64,000 bases of DNA from Candidatus Pacearchaeota archaeon (lineage in GTDB: Archaea; Nanobdellota; Nanobdellia; Pacearchaeales; GW2011-AR1). Below, piece by piece: positions 49,699-60,881 of this stretch. The notes below the pieces were generated by a model. It saw only the letters and a list, made by a program, of their open reading frames with translations, was not told the origin of the DNA and did no database searches. Each line of letters starts with the position of its first letter. Within the stretch, counting starts at the first letter, position 1. The stretch spans positions 434,159 through 498,158 of the forward strand of contig JAVZCO010000001.1 in the NCBI GenBank assembly GCA_038874355.1, written 5' to 3'. A program made the translations under genes and the position numbers.

Positions 49699-50121
49699 TT
49701 ATAAATAGATAAAAATTATTTTTTTAACTTGTTTTTTTGCTTTTATATTCGCTTGATTTAAATTAGATAAATCTATAATATATTTACCTTCTTCTATTTT
49801 ATATATAATTGGTAAGTTCTTCTTTAATATTTTTGTCAAATCTAATTCAAATTTCCCCTTTTTTATAACTCTTATGGATTCTATTTCTAAAATAACTGGT
49901 TCTTCTTCTTTTATCCCGATAATATCTCTTATATCTTTTTCTATATTCTCTCTTTCTTTTTCATTTATTTGTTGAAAGGGCAATTTTTTTTCTTCTTCTA
50001 ATTTTCTAAAATATTCATCTTTGATATAAAAGAAAAAATGACTTTTACATTTAGAACAACCTTCTAGTAATTCTTTACTTCCATCAGGATATAAAGTTCC
50101 GCAATGAACACATTGATGCAT
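49699..50121 (-). CDS. oapC: Zn-ribbon protein OapC (DUF2072)
   Basis: MHQCVHCG..GCSKCKS..F; IESIRV..GKFELDL. Confidence 0.88.
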   Translation of the reverse strand: MHQCVHCGTLYPDGSKELLEGCSKCKSHFFFYIKDEYFRKLEEEKKLPFQQINEKERENIEKDIRDIIGIKEEEPVILEIESIRVIKKGKFELDLTKILKKNLPIIYKIEEGKYIIDLSNLNQANIKAKKQVKKIIFIYL

Positions 50122-50187
50122 AAATATATGTTAGAAATAAGTATATAAAAACTTATTGTAAAAGAAATTTATTATTTTATATAATTT

Positions 50188-50577
50188 TTATTTTCTTAAC
50201 ATTAACTCGACTTTACTAGGATCTTTTTTAATTTGTTTAACAATTGTAGCAGGCCCTATAATTGTTAAACCTTCCCTTCCTTTAGATATAACATTTGCTA
50301 AGTTACTTCTTAATCTATCAAAAAATCCTTTATTTTCGTTTGTTGGTGTTAATACAGCTAATTCCACACCTTTAAATCCCTTTATTCTTCCAGCTAAAGC
50401 CATAGTACTTTGAATTAAAGATGATTCTTCTATAGGAGAAAGTCTTCCTTGCAAAATAACAATTTTGTTTTCTAAGATTAAATCAAGAATTTTTTTTATT
50501 CTTTCCTGACTTGGCAATCTTTCTAATTCACTATAAGTGATAAATCTTATTGTTAGTCCAGCAATTTTCGCTGCCAT
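50188..50577 (-). CDS. oapB: OapB (DUF2073)
   Basis: ILQGRLSPIEESSLIQSTM, FKGVE, GLTIIGPA. Confidence 0.88.
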   Translation of the reverse strand: MAAKIAGLTIRFITYSELERLPSQERIKKILDLILENKIVILQGRLSPIEESSLIQSTMALAGRIKGFKGVELAVLTPTNENKGFFDRLRSNLANVISKGREGLTIIGPATIVKQIKKDPSKVELMLRK

Positions 50578-50613
50578 TTTATTTTTATTTTTATTTTTTC
50601 TTATTTTTCATAA

Positions 50614-51255
50614 TTATAATTTTTTTAATAATCTAAATAATGCTTCATAAAATTCTTCTATGTTTGTACCAAATTTTGCTGATATTCCAACAACTTCGTA
50701 CTCTGGAAAAGCTGCTTCAATTTTCTTTATATCTGCTTTTTTTAAATCGATCTTATTAGCTACTATTAATACAGGAATTTTCCTAGCTACTAAATTTCCT
50801 ATAATTGTTATATTAACTTGACTGTAAGGATTTTGTGTTGCATCTAAAACAACAACAACTAAGTCCATATCATCTAACCATTGTATAGCTTCTATTACTC
50901 CTTGAGTTGCTTCTTTTGCTCTTTTTTGAGCTTCTTTTTCTTTTAAACCATACTTCAAAAATTCTTCATAATCTATTCTTGTTGCAATTCCCGGAGTATC
51001 TATTAATTTAAAAATCATCTTCTTATTTTTATAATTAATTTCTACTTTTTCTTTAAATTGTACTTTCCTTGTTTCATGCGGTATTTTTGAAACTTCTCCT
51101 AATTCTTCACCAGTCCAATCTTTACAGATTCTATTTGCTAAACTTGTTTTTCCTGCATTAGGAGGGCCATAAAAACCTAATTTTAATTCTCTTCTATTCC
51201 TAAAAATGTTATTAAGTATTCTTTTAAAAAAATTTTTTATTATTTTTATTACCAT
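50614..51255 (-). CDS. oapA: Era-like GTP-binding protein OapA
   Basis: YGPPNAGKTSLANRI, PHETR, DTPG, NKID; ATG at 51255 preferred over the upstream TTG. Confidence 0.9.
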   Translation of the reverse strand: MVIKIIKNFFKRILNNIFRNRRELKLGFYGPPNAGKTSLANRICKDWTGEELGEVSKIPHETRKVQFKEKVEINYKNKKMIFKLIDTPGIATRIDYEEFLKYGLKEKEAQKRAKEATQGVIEAIQWLDDMDLVVVVLDATQNPYSQVNITIIGNLVARKIPVLIVANKIDLKKADIKKIEAAFPEYEVVGISAKFGTNIEEFYEALFRLLKKL

Positions 51256-51328
51256 TTTTAATTTCTCTTTTTTATTCAAATTTCAAAATTTTTAGGTTTT
51301 TAAATATATCTTATTTATTTATTATTTT

Positions 51329-54094
51329 TTATGTTTTATTTTGAATATTTTTTTGTTTTATTGCTCTTTTTGAAAAAATCTTAGATATGTCTAAAGGTAT
51401 TATGCTTTTCCCTTGATATTTATTTATTACATAAGAAATTTGTTCACTTGACCAGCCCGTTTTACTTAACTGTTGTTTTATTGTATTATATGTCATTCCT
51501 TGATGTATAGCATTATTAATATATAGTAATAGATTATAAATATCATTTCTATTTTTAAATAATTTGGATTCGTAATGAATTCTATACCACTGAGATATTA
51601 AGATATAAGAAATAAAAGCACAAATCAATATAAAAGACCATAATATCCATGCAATAGTCCATGGTTTACAATCACTTCTACAATTTTTCCAATTCTCCTC
51701 TTTTTCCTTTTCACAAATTTTGTTATAATTACACTTTTCTAATAGAAAATCTATTTCAATTTCTTCTAAAGTTGGAGATATATATAAATTAAGATCTTTA
51801 TATTTAATTTCACCAAAGTAAAAGAAGGTTATTTCTCTTTCTTTTATATCATCAAAAATTATAGAAAAAGAATTGTTTAATTGTTTTGTATTATTATAAG
51901 AAGAGTATAAATCAAAATTTACTCCTTTAATAGCATCTGGAAAAATTAAATAATTTTTTATTTCTCTTGAAATTTCTTCTTTTGGGGATATTTTTAATCG
52001 AAATATTCCTAAAATTTGTTCTATTGAATTATCATAATATGCATAAAGATATTCTCCTTGCATATACATAATAATATTATCCTGCTGCCAGCCGGCAATT
52101 GCTTTTTTATATTCTTCTTCTCTTTCTTCAGAATAATTTCCTAAATCTTCTAATTCTTCTAAATCATTTAAATTTATTCTTTCGTAATTTACATAATAAG
52201 GAAGATTTTCTTTTAGTGTTATATTTATCTTATAGGGAATTTTTAAACTTAATAATTTTACTGCAATTTCTTCATATTTTTTTTCGTCTCCTCCTGCAGC
52301 ATTATAATCTATTTGAATTTCATCTAATTGTCTTGTTATATTATCAATATTTAAAACTTTCTTTATATATGGTTGATACTGCGAAGGAAAAGAACTTATC
52401 TGTAAAGTTAAGTTTTGCAATCTTTTTTTGTAAATATCTATTGTTGAATTTATTTTTTCTTTTGGAATAGAAATATTTATATTAAAATCCTTTTCGCTCA
52501 TTAAACCTTCAGAATCTATAACAGAAACCTTTATTTTAAAATTTGAAGAAGAAACATTCATGAAGGTATATTCTATACTATTATTAGTTGTTTCTATACT
52601 TTTATTTGGATCAAAATTCCAGATATATTTAACTATGCTTTTATTGTTTAGTGCTTGTGCTTGAACATAAAATTTTGTTGGATATGCTAAAAATGCTTTT
52701 TTTGGATATAAGTCTTTTATTATAGGAAAAGATAAAATTTTAATTGTTTCATTAAAAATTTTTTTATTTCCTATGTAAATTTCTATTGTGTGGTTTCCAT
52801 ATTGAGATGGTAATGAAAAATTTGCTTCATCTAGATTTAAAATAGTGTAATTAAAAGATATTTTAGATTTTTCTATATTTGTTTCGTAAATTTTATTTGT
52901 TGAAGAATAACCGCCTAATTCATTATATTCAATTGAAATATTAGATATTTTTATATTTATAGGAACATTTGCTTTGAAATTTATTGGAATTACACAACCA
53001 TCCTTATTTTCAATACAAGAAGAATCATAATATTCTTGAATGTAATTCATTATATAATCTTTTAAGTAAGAGTCTTCTACTTTTATTTTACCTATATTAT
53101 CAAAAACATAAGATTCTGCAAAGATAGAATAATCATAAGAAAAATCTTCTGGAATTTGTTCAGGATTCCCATAAAAACCACATTTTTCTCCAGATGATTC
53201 TCTTTTAATTTTATAGTCGCCTAAAGAATTTGTTTTTTTTATACAGATAAAATAAAAATCTTCATTATAATTCATGTCTTCATTTTTTAAAGAAATGTTA
53301 CAAAAATATTCTCCCTCTTTTATATTTTTTGTAAAATCTAAAGTACATCTTCCTAGTTCTTCTCCATCTAAATTAAAAATGGACATTCTTATGTTATTTT
53401 CATACTTTGAATTGTTAATAATATATGCACCTAAGTTATAATATTTTGATGGTTTTAATTTTATTCTTTCACAATAATAATTATCTTGAGATAAAGAAAC
53501 TAAAGTCGAAGAAGATAGATTACTAAAACAACCATAATTTTTACTATCAGAACAGATTATAGAAGAAGAAAATTTGTCCGATCTCCATTCTATTTCTTTA
53601 TCATATAATAAATCTATTTCTAGAGGATTTTCACATGAATACTGGTTTGTTACTTCCATATCAAAACTAAATTTTGATATAGAGCTTATTTTATCCCCAA
53701 CTAATTTAAAAGCAAGTGTATAACTTTCCCCTTTTTGAAGAGTAATGCTTTTTTCTTCCAAATCTATATTAGAAGTTTTATAATAAGGGATACAATTATA
53801 AGAATTACAAAAAAAATCTTCACCATAATTTAAAGAATTTAATAATATTAAATCAAATAAATTAATAGAACCGTTAATTTTAGAATTTCCTTTGATTAAT
53901 AAATCATAATATTCGTCTTTAACAGATATATTTATCCATCCTTGTAAATTTTCTCCAGGTTTGTATTCTTTTTTTATGTCATAAGAGAGATTACCTAAAT
54001 GTATATAAGCATTTGCTAAAAAAAAGTTATAAAAAAAATTATAAAATAATATTATTAAAAATAAAAAAAATATAAATAATCTCTTTTTCCCCAT
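51329..54094 (-). CDS. Large secreted, membrane-anchored surface protein with a PKD-like domain
   Basis: Signal/TM; YIWNFD PKD motif; CNYNKICE..ENWKNCRSDC; TM; cytoplasmic GWSSEQI tail. Confidence 0.8.
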   Translation of the reverse strand: MGKKRLFIFFLFLIILFYNFFYNFFLANAYIHLGNLSYDIKKEYKPGENLQGWINISVKDEYYDLLIKGNSKINGSINLFDLILLNSLNYGEDFFCNSYNCIPYYKTSNIDLEEKSITLQKGESYTLAFKLVGDKISSISKFSFDMEVTNQYSCENPLEIDLLYDKEIEWRSDKFSSSIICSDSKNYGCFSNLSSSTLVSLSQDNYYCERIKLKPSKYYNLGAYIINNSKYENNIRMSIFNLDGEELGRCTLDFTKNIKEGEYFCNISLKNEDMNYNEDFYFICIKKTNSLGDYKIKRESSGEKCGFYGNPEQIPEDFSYDYSIFAESYVFDNIGKIKVEDSYLKDYIMNYIQEYYDSSCIENKDGCVIPINFKANVPINIKISNISIEYNELGGYSSTNKIYETNIEKSKISFNYTILNLDEANFSLPSQYGNHTIEIYIGNKKIFNETIKILSFPIIKDLYPKKAFLAYPTKFYVQAQALNNKSIVKYIWNFDPNKSIETTNNSIEYTFMNVSSSNFKIKVSVIDSEGLMSEKDFNINISIPKEKINSTIDIYKKRLQNLTLQISSFPSQYQPYIKKVLNIDNITRQLDEIQIDYNAAGGDEKKYEEIAVKLLSLKIPYKINITLKENLPYYVNYERINLNDLEELEDLGNYSEEREEEYKKAIAGWQQDNIIMYMQGEYLYAYYDNSIEQILGIFRLKISPKEEISREIKNYLIFPDAIKGVNFDLYSSYNNTKQLNNSFSIIFDDIKEREITFFYFGEIKYKDLNLYISPTLEEIEIDFLLEKCNYNKICEKEKEENWKNCRSDCKPWTIAWILWSFILICAFISYILISQWYRIHYESKLFKNRNDIYNLLLYINNAIHQGMTYNTIKQQLSKTGWSSEQISYVINKYQGKSIIPLDISKIFSKRAIKQKNIQNKT

Positions 54095-54143
54095 CTTTTA
54101 TTAAAAGAAAATATTCTTTTTAAATTTTATTAAGCGGATAATT

Positions 54144-54210
54144 TTATTTAAAATAAAAATCAAAATTATTTAAATAAAAATCAAAAATTTATTTAAATAT
54201 AAACTAAAAA
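54144..54210. repeat. Three imperfect ~22-bp AT-rich tandem repeats
   Basis: TTATTTAAAATAAAAATCAAAA / TTATTTAAATAAAAATCAAAAA / TTATTTAAATATAAACTAAAAA. Confidence 0.55.
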
Positions 54211-54300
54211 ATATTTTTTATAATAGAAATATTTAAAAATAGTTCCATATTAAAGATTTATTATAATAAAAATTTGTAATAAAAAATAGACGGAAAATAA

Positions 54301-54885
54301 ATGGTTCCAACAAAAGTTTTTTTTACCAAAGGAGTTGGAAGGCATAGAGAAAGATTAGCAAGTTTTGAAGCAGCATTAAGAGATGCTGGAATTGAAAAAT
54401 GTAATTTAGTATATGTTTCTAGTATCTTTCCTCCTAATTGTAAAATAATAAGCAAAGAAGAAGGGATAAAACAATTAAAACCAGGAGCAATAACATATTG
54501 TGTAATGGCAAGAATGGAATGTAATGAAGCAAACAGATTAATAGCAGCAAGTATAGGATGTGCCATACCGGCAGATAAATCAACTTATGGTTATTTATCT
54601 GAACATCACTCTTTTGGAGAAACAGATGAAAAAGCAGGAGAATATGCAGAAGATTTAGCAGCAGAGATGTTAGCAACTACTTTAGGAGTAGAATTTGATC
54701 CAAATAAAAGTTATGATGAATTAAGAGAGATATGGAAAATATCAGACAAAATCGTTAAAACAACAAATATAACTCAATCTGCTATTGGAAAAGCAGGTAT
54801 TTGGACAACTGTTATTGCAGCAGCTGTTTTTGTTCCTGAAGATAATGAAACTTTAGGTTTTAATAATAGTACAAAAAAAGAATAA
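54301..54885 (+). CDS. pdaD: Pyruvoyl-dependent arginine decarboxylase
   Basis: [22 protein letters not shown] (Ser-Ser cleavage site), [17 protein letters not shown]. Confidence 0.93.
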   Translation: MVPTKVFFTKGVGRHRERLASFEAALRDAGIEKCNLVYVSSIFPPNCKIISKEEGIKQLKPGAITYCVMARMECNEANRLIAASIGCAIPADKSTYGYLSEHHSFGETDEKAGEYAEDLAAEMLATTLGVEFDPNKSYDELREIWKISDKIVKTTNITQSAIGKAGIWTTVIAAAVFVPEDNETLGFNNSTKKE

Positions 54886-55218
54886 TAATACAAAAAAAGA
54901 ATGTATCAAAAACAATAAAGACCAAAATAATAAAATAATTTTGATACTAAAATATTATAACAAATTTTTATTAATTTTTAGGTATCTTTTTACTATTTTA
55001 TCCTGTTTGATTATTAATTCTCACAATACAGGAAACTCTTCTTATTTTATACATACATCTTAATGAAATTGAAGGATTAGAGAAATATAAATCAAAATTC
55101 AACAACCTTCGCCTCTTAAATAAACATATTCGATATAATAATCTATAATAATTTTACTACCGGAAAAATAATTATCCTTTTATCAATATTGGGCAAATTG
55201 TGAAAATTACTTTTTGAT

Positions 55219-55719
55219 TTATTCTTTCATCTTATTTAGAATCAAAGAAGAAAAGTCGTAATTTTTTATTATGTTTTTTCTAGAGGAAAGAACTATTTCC
55301 ATATCTTCAATATTATTTTTCATTCCATCTTTTATTTTATTTAAAAAATTTTCGCATTCTTCTAAATTTTCATGAAAAGAAATTATAATATTAATTTTTT
55401 TACTTATATCCAAACTTTCAGAAAAAAAAATTATTTCTGGGCTAGATTTTATAAAATTTATTAATTTTTCTAATTCTTTCTTATTAGAATAATCTTTCCA
55501 TTTATATAAAATAGTCATTTGTACATTTAAATTAAATTTTTCTAAATTAATTCTTGGAATATATTCTTTTATTATATTCTCTTTTTCTAACCTTTTTCTT
55601 ATTTTAAATATTGTTGGTCTTGAAGTTTTTAATTTCCTTGCTATTTCTTGATCAGAAACTTTACAATTAATTAATAGTTCTTTTAAAACTTCTTTTTCTC
55701 TCTTTGTTAGCTTTTCCAT
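55219..55719 (-). CDS. Lrp/AsnC family transcriptional regulator
   Basis: SDQEIARKLKTSRPTIFKIRKRLEKENIIKEY wHTH. Confidence 0.88.
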   Translation of the reverse strand: MEKLTKREKEVLKELLINCKVSDQEIARKLKTSRPTIFKIRKRLEKENIIKEYIPRINLEKFNLNVQMTILYKWKDYSNKKELEKLINFIKSSPEIIFFSESLDISKKINIIISFHENLEECENFLNKIKDGMKNNIEDMEIVLSSRKNIIKNYDFSSLILNKMKE

Positions 55720-55862
55720 AATTTAATTATATACTAATTATTTATAAATTTTTTTATTTTTTATTCAAAAAGTATCTTTTTTTTAAAAAAATTGGAAAAA
55801 AAGTATATAAAAATAACATATAGTTTTTTTATACTTATTAAATTTTCTGTTATTAATATAAA

Positions 55863-57762
<1,900 letters not shown>

Positions 57763-57792
57763 ATTTAATTAAATAATAAAAAAGAAGGTAAA

Positions 57793-58230
57793 ATGTTTGA
57801 AGATATATTTGATGAAATAAAAAGATTAAAAAGAGAAATTGATAAAAACTTTAATCAATTTTTTAATAATAGATTAGATTTAGAATTAGAAGAAGAAATG
57901 TCTGGAATGAAAAAACCTCTTTCAGAAATGGAAGAGACAGAAAAAGATTTAATATTAAGATTTGAAATTCCTGGAGTTGATAAAAAAGATATACATTTAA
58001 ATATAACAAAAAATAAAGTTGAAATAAGAGCAGAAAAGAAAAAAGAAGAAAAAATAGAGAAGAAAGGATTTTTTAAATCAGAAAGAATTTATAATGGATT
58101 TTATAGAACAATGATACTACCTTGCGAGGTAATACCAGAAAAAGCAAAAGCAAAATATAAAGATGGAATTCTTGAAGTTATTGTTCCAAAAACAAAAGAT
58201 GATAAAAAAACAAAAATAGAAATAGAATAA
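57793..58230 (+). CDS. Hsp20/alpha-crystallin small heat shock protein
   Basis: EIPGVDKKDI, ER..GFYRT..LP, AKYKDGILEV..PK. Confidence 0.95.
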   Translation: MFEDIFDEIKRLKREIDKNFNQFFNNRLDLELEEEMSGMKKPLSEMEETEKDLILRFEIPGVDKKDIHLNITKNKVEIRAEKKKEEKIEKKGFFKSERIYNGFYRTMILPCEVIPEKAKAKYKDGILEVIVPKTKDDKKTKIEIE

Positions 58231-58232
58231 AT

Positions 58233-58478
58233 TTATTTTTTCCATATAACAGTATTAATTATATATTTAATCATATTTTCAAATGCTTTTTTTTCATTTT
58301 CTTCTATTGTTACTCTATTTAAATTTTCACAATAAACATAATAAGAATTTTTTTCTTTCCAACCTTTCATAATATACTTCTTTTCATTAACATATAGTAC
58401 TTCTATCTTATCATAAATTTCTGGTTTTTTTAATTCCCCAAAAATATCCTGTAATATTTTTATTAATAAATTATTCAT
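58233..58478 (-). CDS. Hypothetical protein (weakly HicB-like C-terminus)
   Basis: 81-aa ORF; YYVYCENLNRVTIEENEKKAFENM. Confidence 0.5.
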   Translation of the reverse strand: MNNLLIKILQDIFGELKKPEIYDKIEVLYVNEKKYIMKGWKEKNSYYVYCENLNRVTIEENEKKAFENMIKYIINTVIWKK

Positions 58479-58569
58479 ATAAAATAATAAAAAATTGGAT
58501 ATAAAAAAATAATTATTTTTTATTATATAAAAAAGAAAAATATATAAAAATAAATTAATTCTTTATTAA

Positions 58570-58854
58570 ATGAAGGATTTAAATGAAATAGAAAAAGAAA
58601 TTTATCTTGAAATAAAAAAGATCAAAAAAATTATAAAAAAAGGAAAGATTAAAAATGTTTTATTACAAATACCAGATTTTTTAAAACCTTATGCTTCTTC
58701 TATTGTAGATAGATTAGAAGAATCTTTAAAAGATAAGATTAATTTTTTTATTTGGTTTGGAAGTTGTTATGGTGCTTGTGATATACCATGTTTACCTAAA
58801 AATATAAAAATAGATTTATTGATTCAATTTGGTCATACTAAGTTCTCTAATTAA
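58570..58854 (+). CDS. Short diphthamide biosynthesis Dph2-like protein (N-terminal domain only)
   Basis: VLLQIPD.LK, GSCYGACD, LLIQFGH; ends after 94 aa. Confidence 0.8.
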   Translation: MKDLNEIEKEIYLEIKKIKKIIKKGKIKNVLLQIPDFLKPYASSIVDRLEESLKDKINFFIWFGSCYGACDIPCLPKNIKIDLLIQFGHTKFSN

Positions 58855-58984
58855 TTTTTTATTAAAACCGAAATATTTAAAAATCCTTATTTGTATTTAT
58901 TTTTGAAATTGAGTTATTTAATGTTACTATCAATTAGTAATAAAATTATAATATTTTCTCAATTTAAAAGGATCTTATTTGAAA

Positions 58985-59785
58985 ATGAAAGAAAATGAAT
59001 TAGAAGAAATCGGAAGAGAAGGAAATTATATTATTTATAGGAATGAAAAAGAGATAGTTGTTTGTGATAAAAATAATTTTGTTATAACAAGATATAATAT
59101 AAGAAAAGAAGAAATAAAAGATGAAATAAAAAAAACAATAGCAATATTATCTATTGGTTTTTCTTTATTAAGCCCTTTTTTCTTTTTTGGAAATAAAAAA
59201 AATTATATAAATAATCTTGAAAATAAAGTAATTGCAGAAAAAAATTATGAAATTGAAGGTAAAAATAATAAAATAAATTTAGAGTATAAAATAAGTTATA
59301 AAAATAAAGAAGAAGAAGAATTTAAAAAATATCTTTCTGAAAAGTTTGATAAAAAAAGTAATCATAAATATATCCCTTCTTATATAAGTAATGCTTTTGT
59401 TAAATCAGTGATTTATGTAGAATCTGGATACAATCCTAACGTTATAAGTAATAAAAAAGCAATGGGATTACCACAAACATATTACTCAACATGGAAAGAG
59501 GTATTTCCTAATGATAGTTATAGTGATTTTTTAAAGGGAATTAAAGATAAAAATAAAAGTGAAGAGTTTGTTTTTAAATACTGTTCATTAATAGATAATA
59601 TATTAAATGAAAAAATGCCTTTTTATAAAAATTTGAATAATGATTTGAAACTAGAATATATCTGTGCAGCTTATAATTGGGGTATAGGAAACTTAATAAA
59701 AAATAACTTTGACCTTTCTAAAGCACCAAAAGAAACAAAAAATTATATAGTTAAAATTAAAAAGAAGTATTATAATTTAATATAA
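58985..59785 (+). CDS. Membrane-anchored lytic transglycosylase (SLT/GH23 domain)
   Basis: TM; VIYVESGYNPNVIS.KKAMGLPQ; AAYNWGIGN; PKETKNYI. Confidence 0.85.
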   Translation: MKENELEEIGREGNYIIYRNEKEIVVCDKNNFVITRYNIRKEEIKDEIKKTIAILSIGFSLLSPFFFFGNKKNYINNLENKVIAEKNYEIEGKNNKINLEYKISYKNKEEEEFKKYLSEKFDKKSNHKYIPSYISNAFVKSVIYVESGYNPNVISNKKAMGLPQTYYSTWKEVFPNDSYSDFLKGIKDKNKSEEFVFKYCSLIDNILNEKMPFYKNLNNDLKLEYICAAYNWGIGNLIKNNFDLSKAPKETKNYIVKIKKKYYNLI

Positions 59786-59879
59786 AACATATTTTTTTAA
59801 ATAGAAAAATTTATAAAAATATTTATTTATTTTTAATAATTAAATAAAATAAATTGAAAAAAACAAACGGAGGTAAAAA

Positions 59880-60227
59880 ATGGAAAAAAAACAAGCTATG
59901 GAGTTAGTTGAAGAATATGAAAAAAAACAAGGTAGAAATCCAGAGAGAGTAAATAAATTTAGAGAAGGATATGACTTGAAATCTGGAGATAGATTTATTG
60001 ATGTAAAAATAGGAACAGAAAGAGACAAGGATCTTTTATTGAGTTTAACAAAATTTAAAAAATTGGGAAAAAATATAATAAATTATTATGTCTACCTTGT
60101 GATAGAAGGAGAAAAACCAAAGTTAAAAATTCTTGAACCAGAGTTTCTTTTAAGAAACTTTAAATTGCTAACTTTAATGAATGTAAAAGGTAATTCCTTG
60201 AGAAGAGTTAAAGCAGAAGAATTATAA
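59880..60227 (+). CDS. Small PD-(D/E)xK-like protein (DUF3883/NO VEIN C-terminal-like)
   Basis: AMELV.EYEKKQGR.PE.V...GYDLKS.DRFIDVK..YYVYLV; GGAGG SD upstream. Confidence 0.65.
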   Translation: MEKKQAMELVEEYEKKQGRNPERVNKFREGYDLKSGDRFIDVKIGTERDKDLLLSLTKFKKLGKNIINYYVYLVIEGEKPKLKILEPEFLLRNFKLLTLMNVKGNSLRRVKAEEL

Positions 60228-60241
60228 ATTTTAATTGATTT

Positions 60242-60270
60242 AGGAGGTATATCCCCTCCTTTTTCTTTTT
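60242..60270 (+). terminator. Hairpin plus T-tract terminator
   Basis: AGGAGG-TATATCC-CCTCCT followed by TTTTCTTTTT. Confidence 0.6.
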
Positions 60271-60314
60271 TATTTTTTAATAAAATTTAAAATTTCCATT
60301 TTTCTAAAAATAAA

Positions 60315-60881
60315 ATGATAAAAAACAAAAAGATAAATAAAAATTTTATAAAACATTTTTATGACGCAGAAAAAACTGCTAATTACCTATTAGGAAAGAA
60401 TTTATGTAGAAAGATAAATGGAAAGATATTAAAAGCAAAAATAGTAGAAACAGAAGCTTATTTTGATGAAAAAGATCCTGCTTCAAGAGCCTGTAAAAAT
60501 GGAGATTTAAAAGAAACAATGAAAATGAAAGCTGGAACAATTTTAGTTTATGGTGTCCACAATAATTGGCTTATTAATATTGTAACAGGAAAAAAAGGAA
60601 AAGCGCAAGCTGTTTTAATTAGGGCAGTAGAACCATTGAATTTCAAAGCAAAAACAAACGGTCCAGGTTTATTAACAAAATCGCTTTTTATAGATAAAAA
60701 ATTTCATAAAAAAAATATTTTCGATTGTAAAGAACTTTATTTAGAAATAGAAAAGAAAGATAAAAGAAAAAAAGAATTTAAAGTAGAAAAAGATTTTAGA
60801 ATTGGGGTAAAGAAAGATTTATATAAAAAGTTAAGATTTTATATTAAAGGAAATGATTATATAAGTAAAAAAGATGATTAA
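60315..60881 (+). CDS. 3-methyladenine DNA glycosylase (MPG/AAG family)
   Basis: LLGK, IVETEAY, D.AS, AVLIRAVEP, NGPG.L, RIGV. Confidence 0.92.
   Translation: MIKNKKINKNFIKHFYDAEKTANYLLGKNLCRKINGKILKAKIVETEAYFDEKDPASRACKNGDLKETMKMKAGTILVYGVHNNWLINIVTGKKGKAQAVLIRAVEPLNFKAKTNGPGLLTKSLFIDKKFHKKNIFDCKELYLEIEKKDKRKKEFKVEKDFRIGVKKDLYKKLRFYIKGNDYISKKDD

Noticed and set aside
54886..55218. Possible gene remnant in the 330-bp gap between pdaD and Lrp, plus a short TACAAAAAAAGAAT duplication
   Set aside because: No recognisable translation on either strand; the duplication is short and low-complexity
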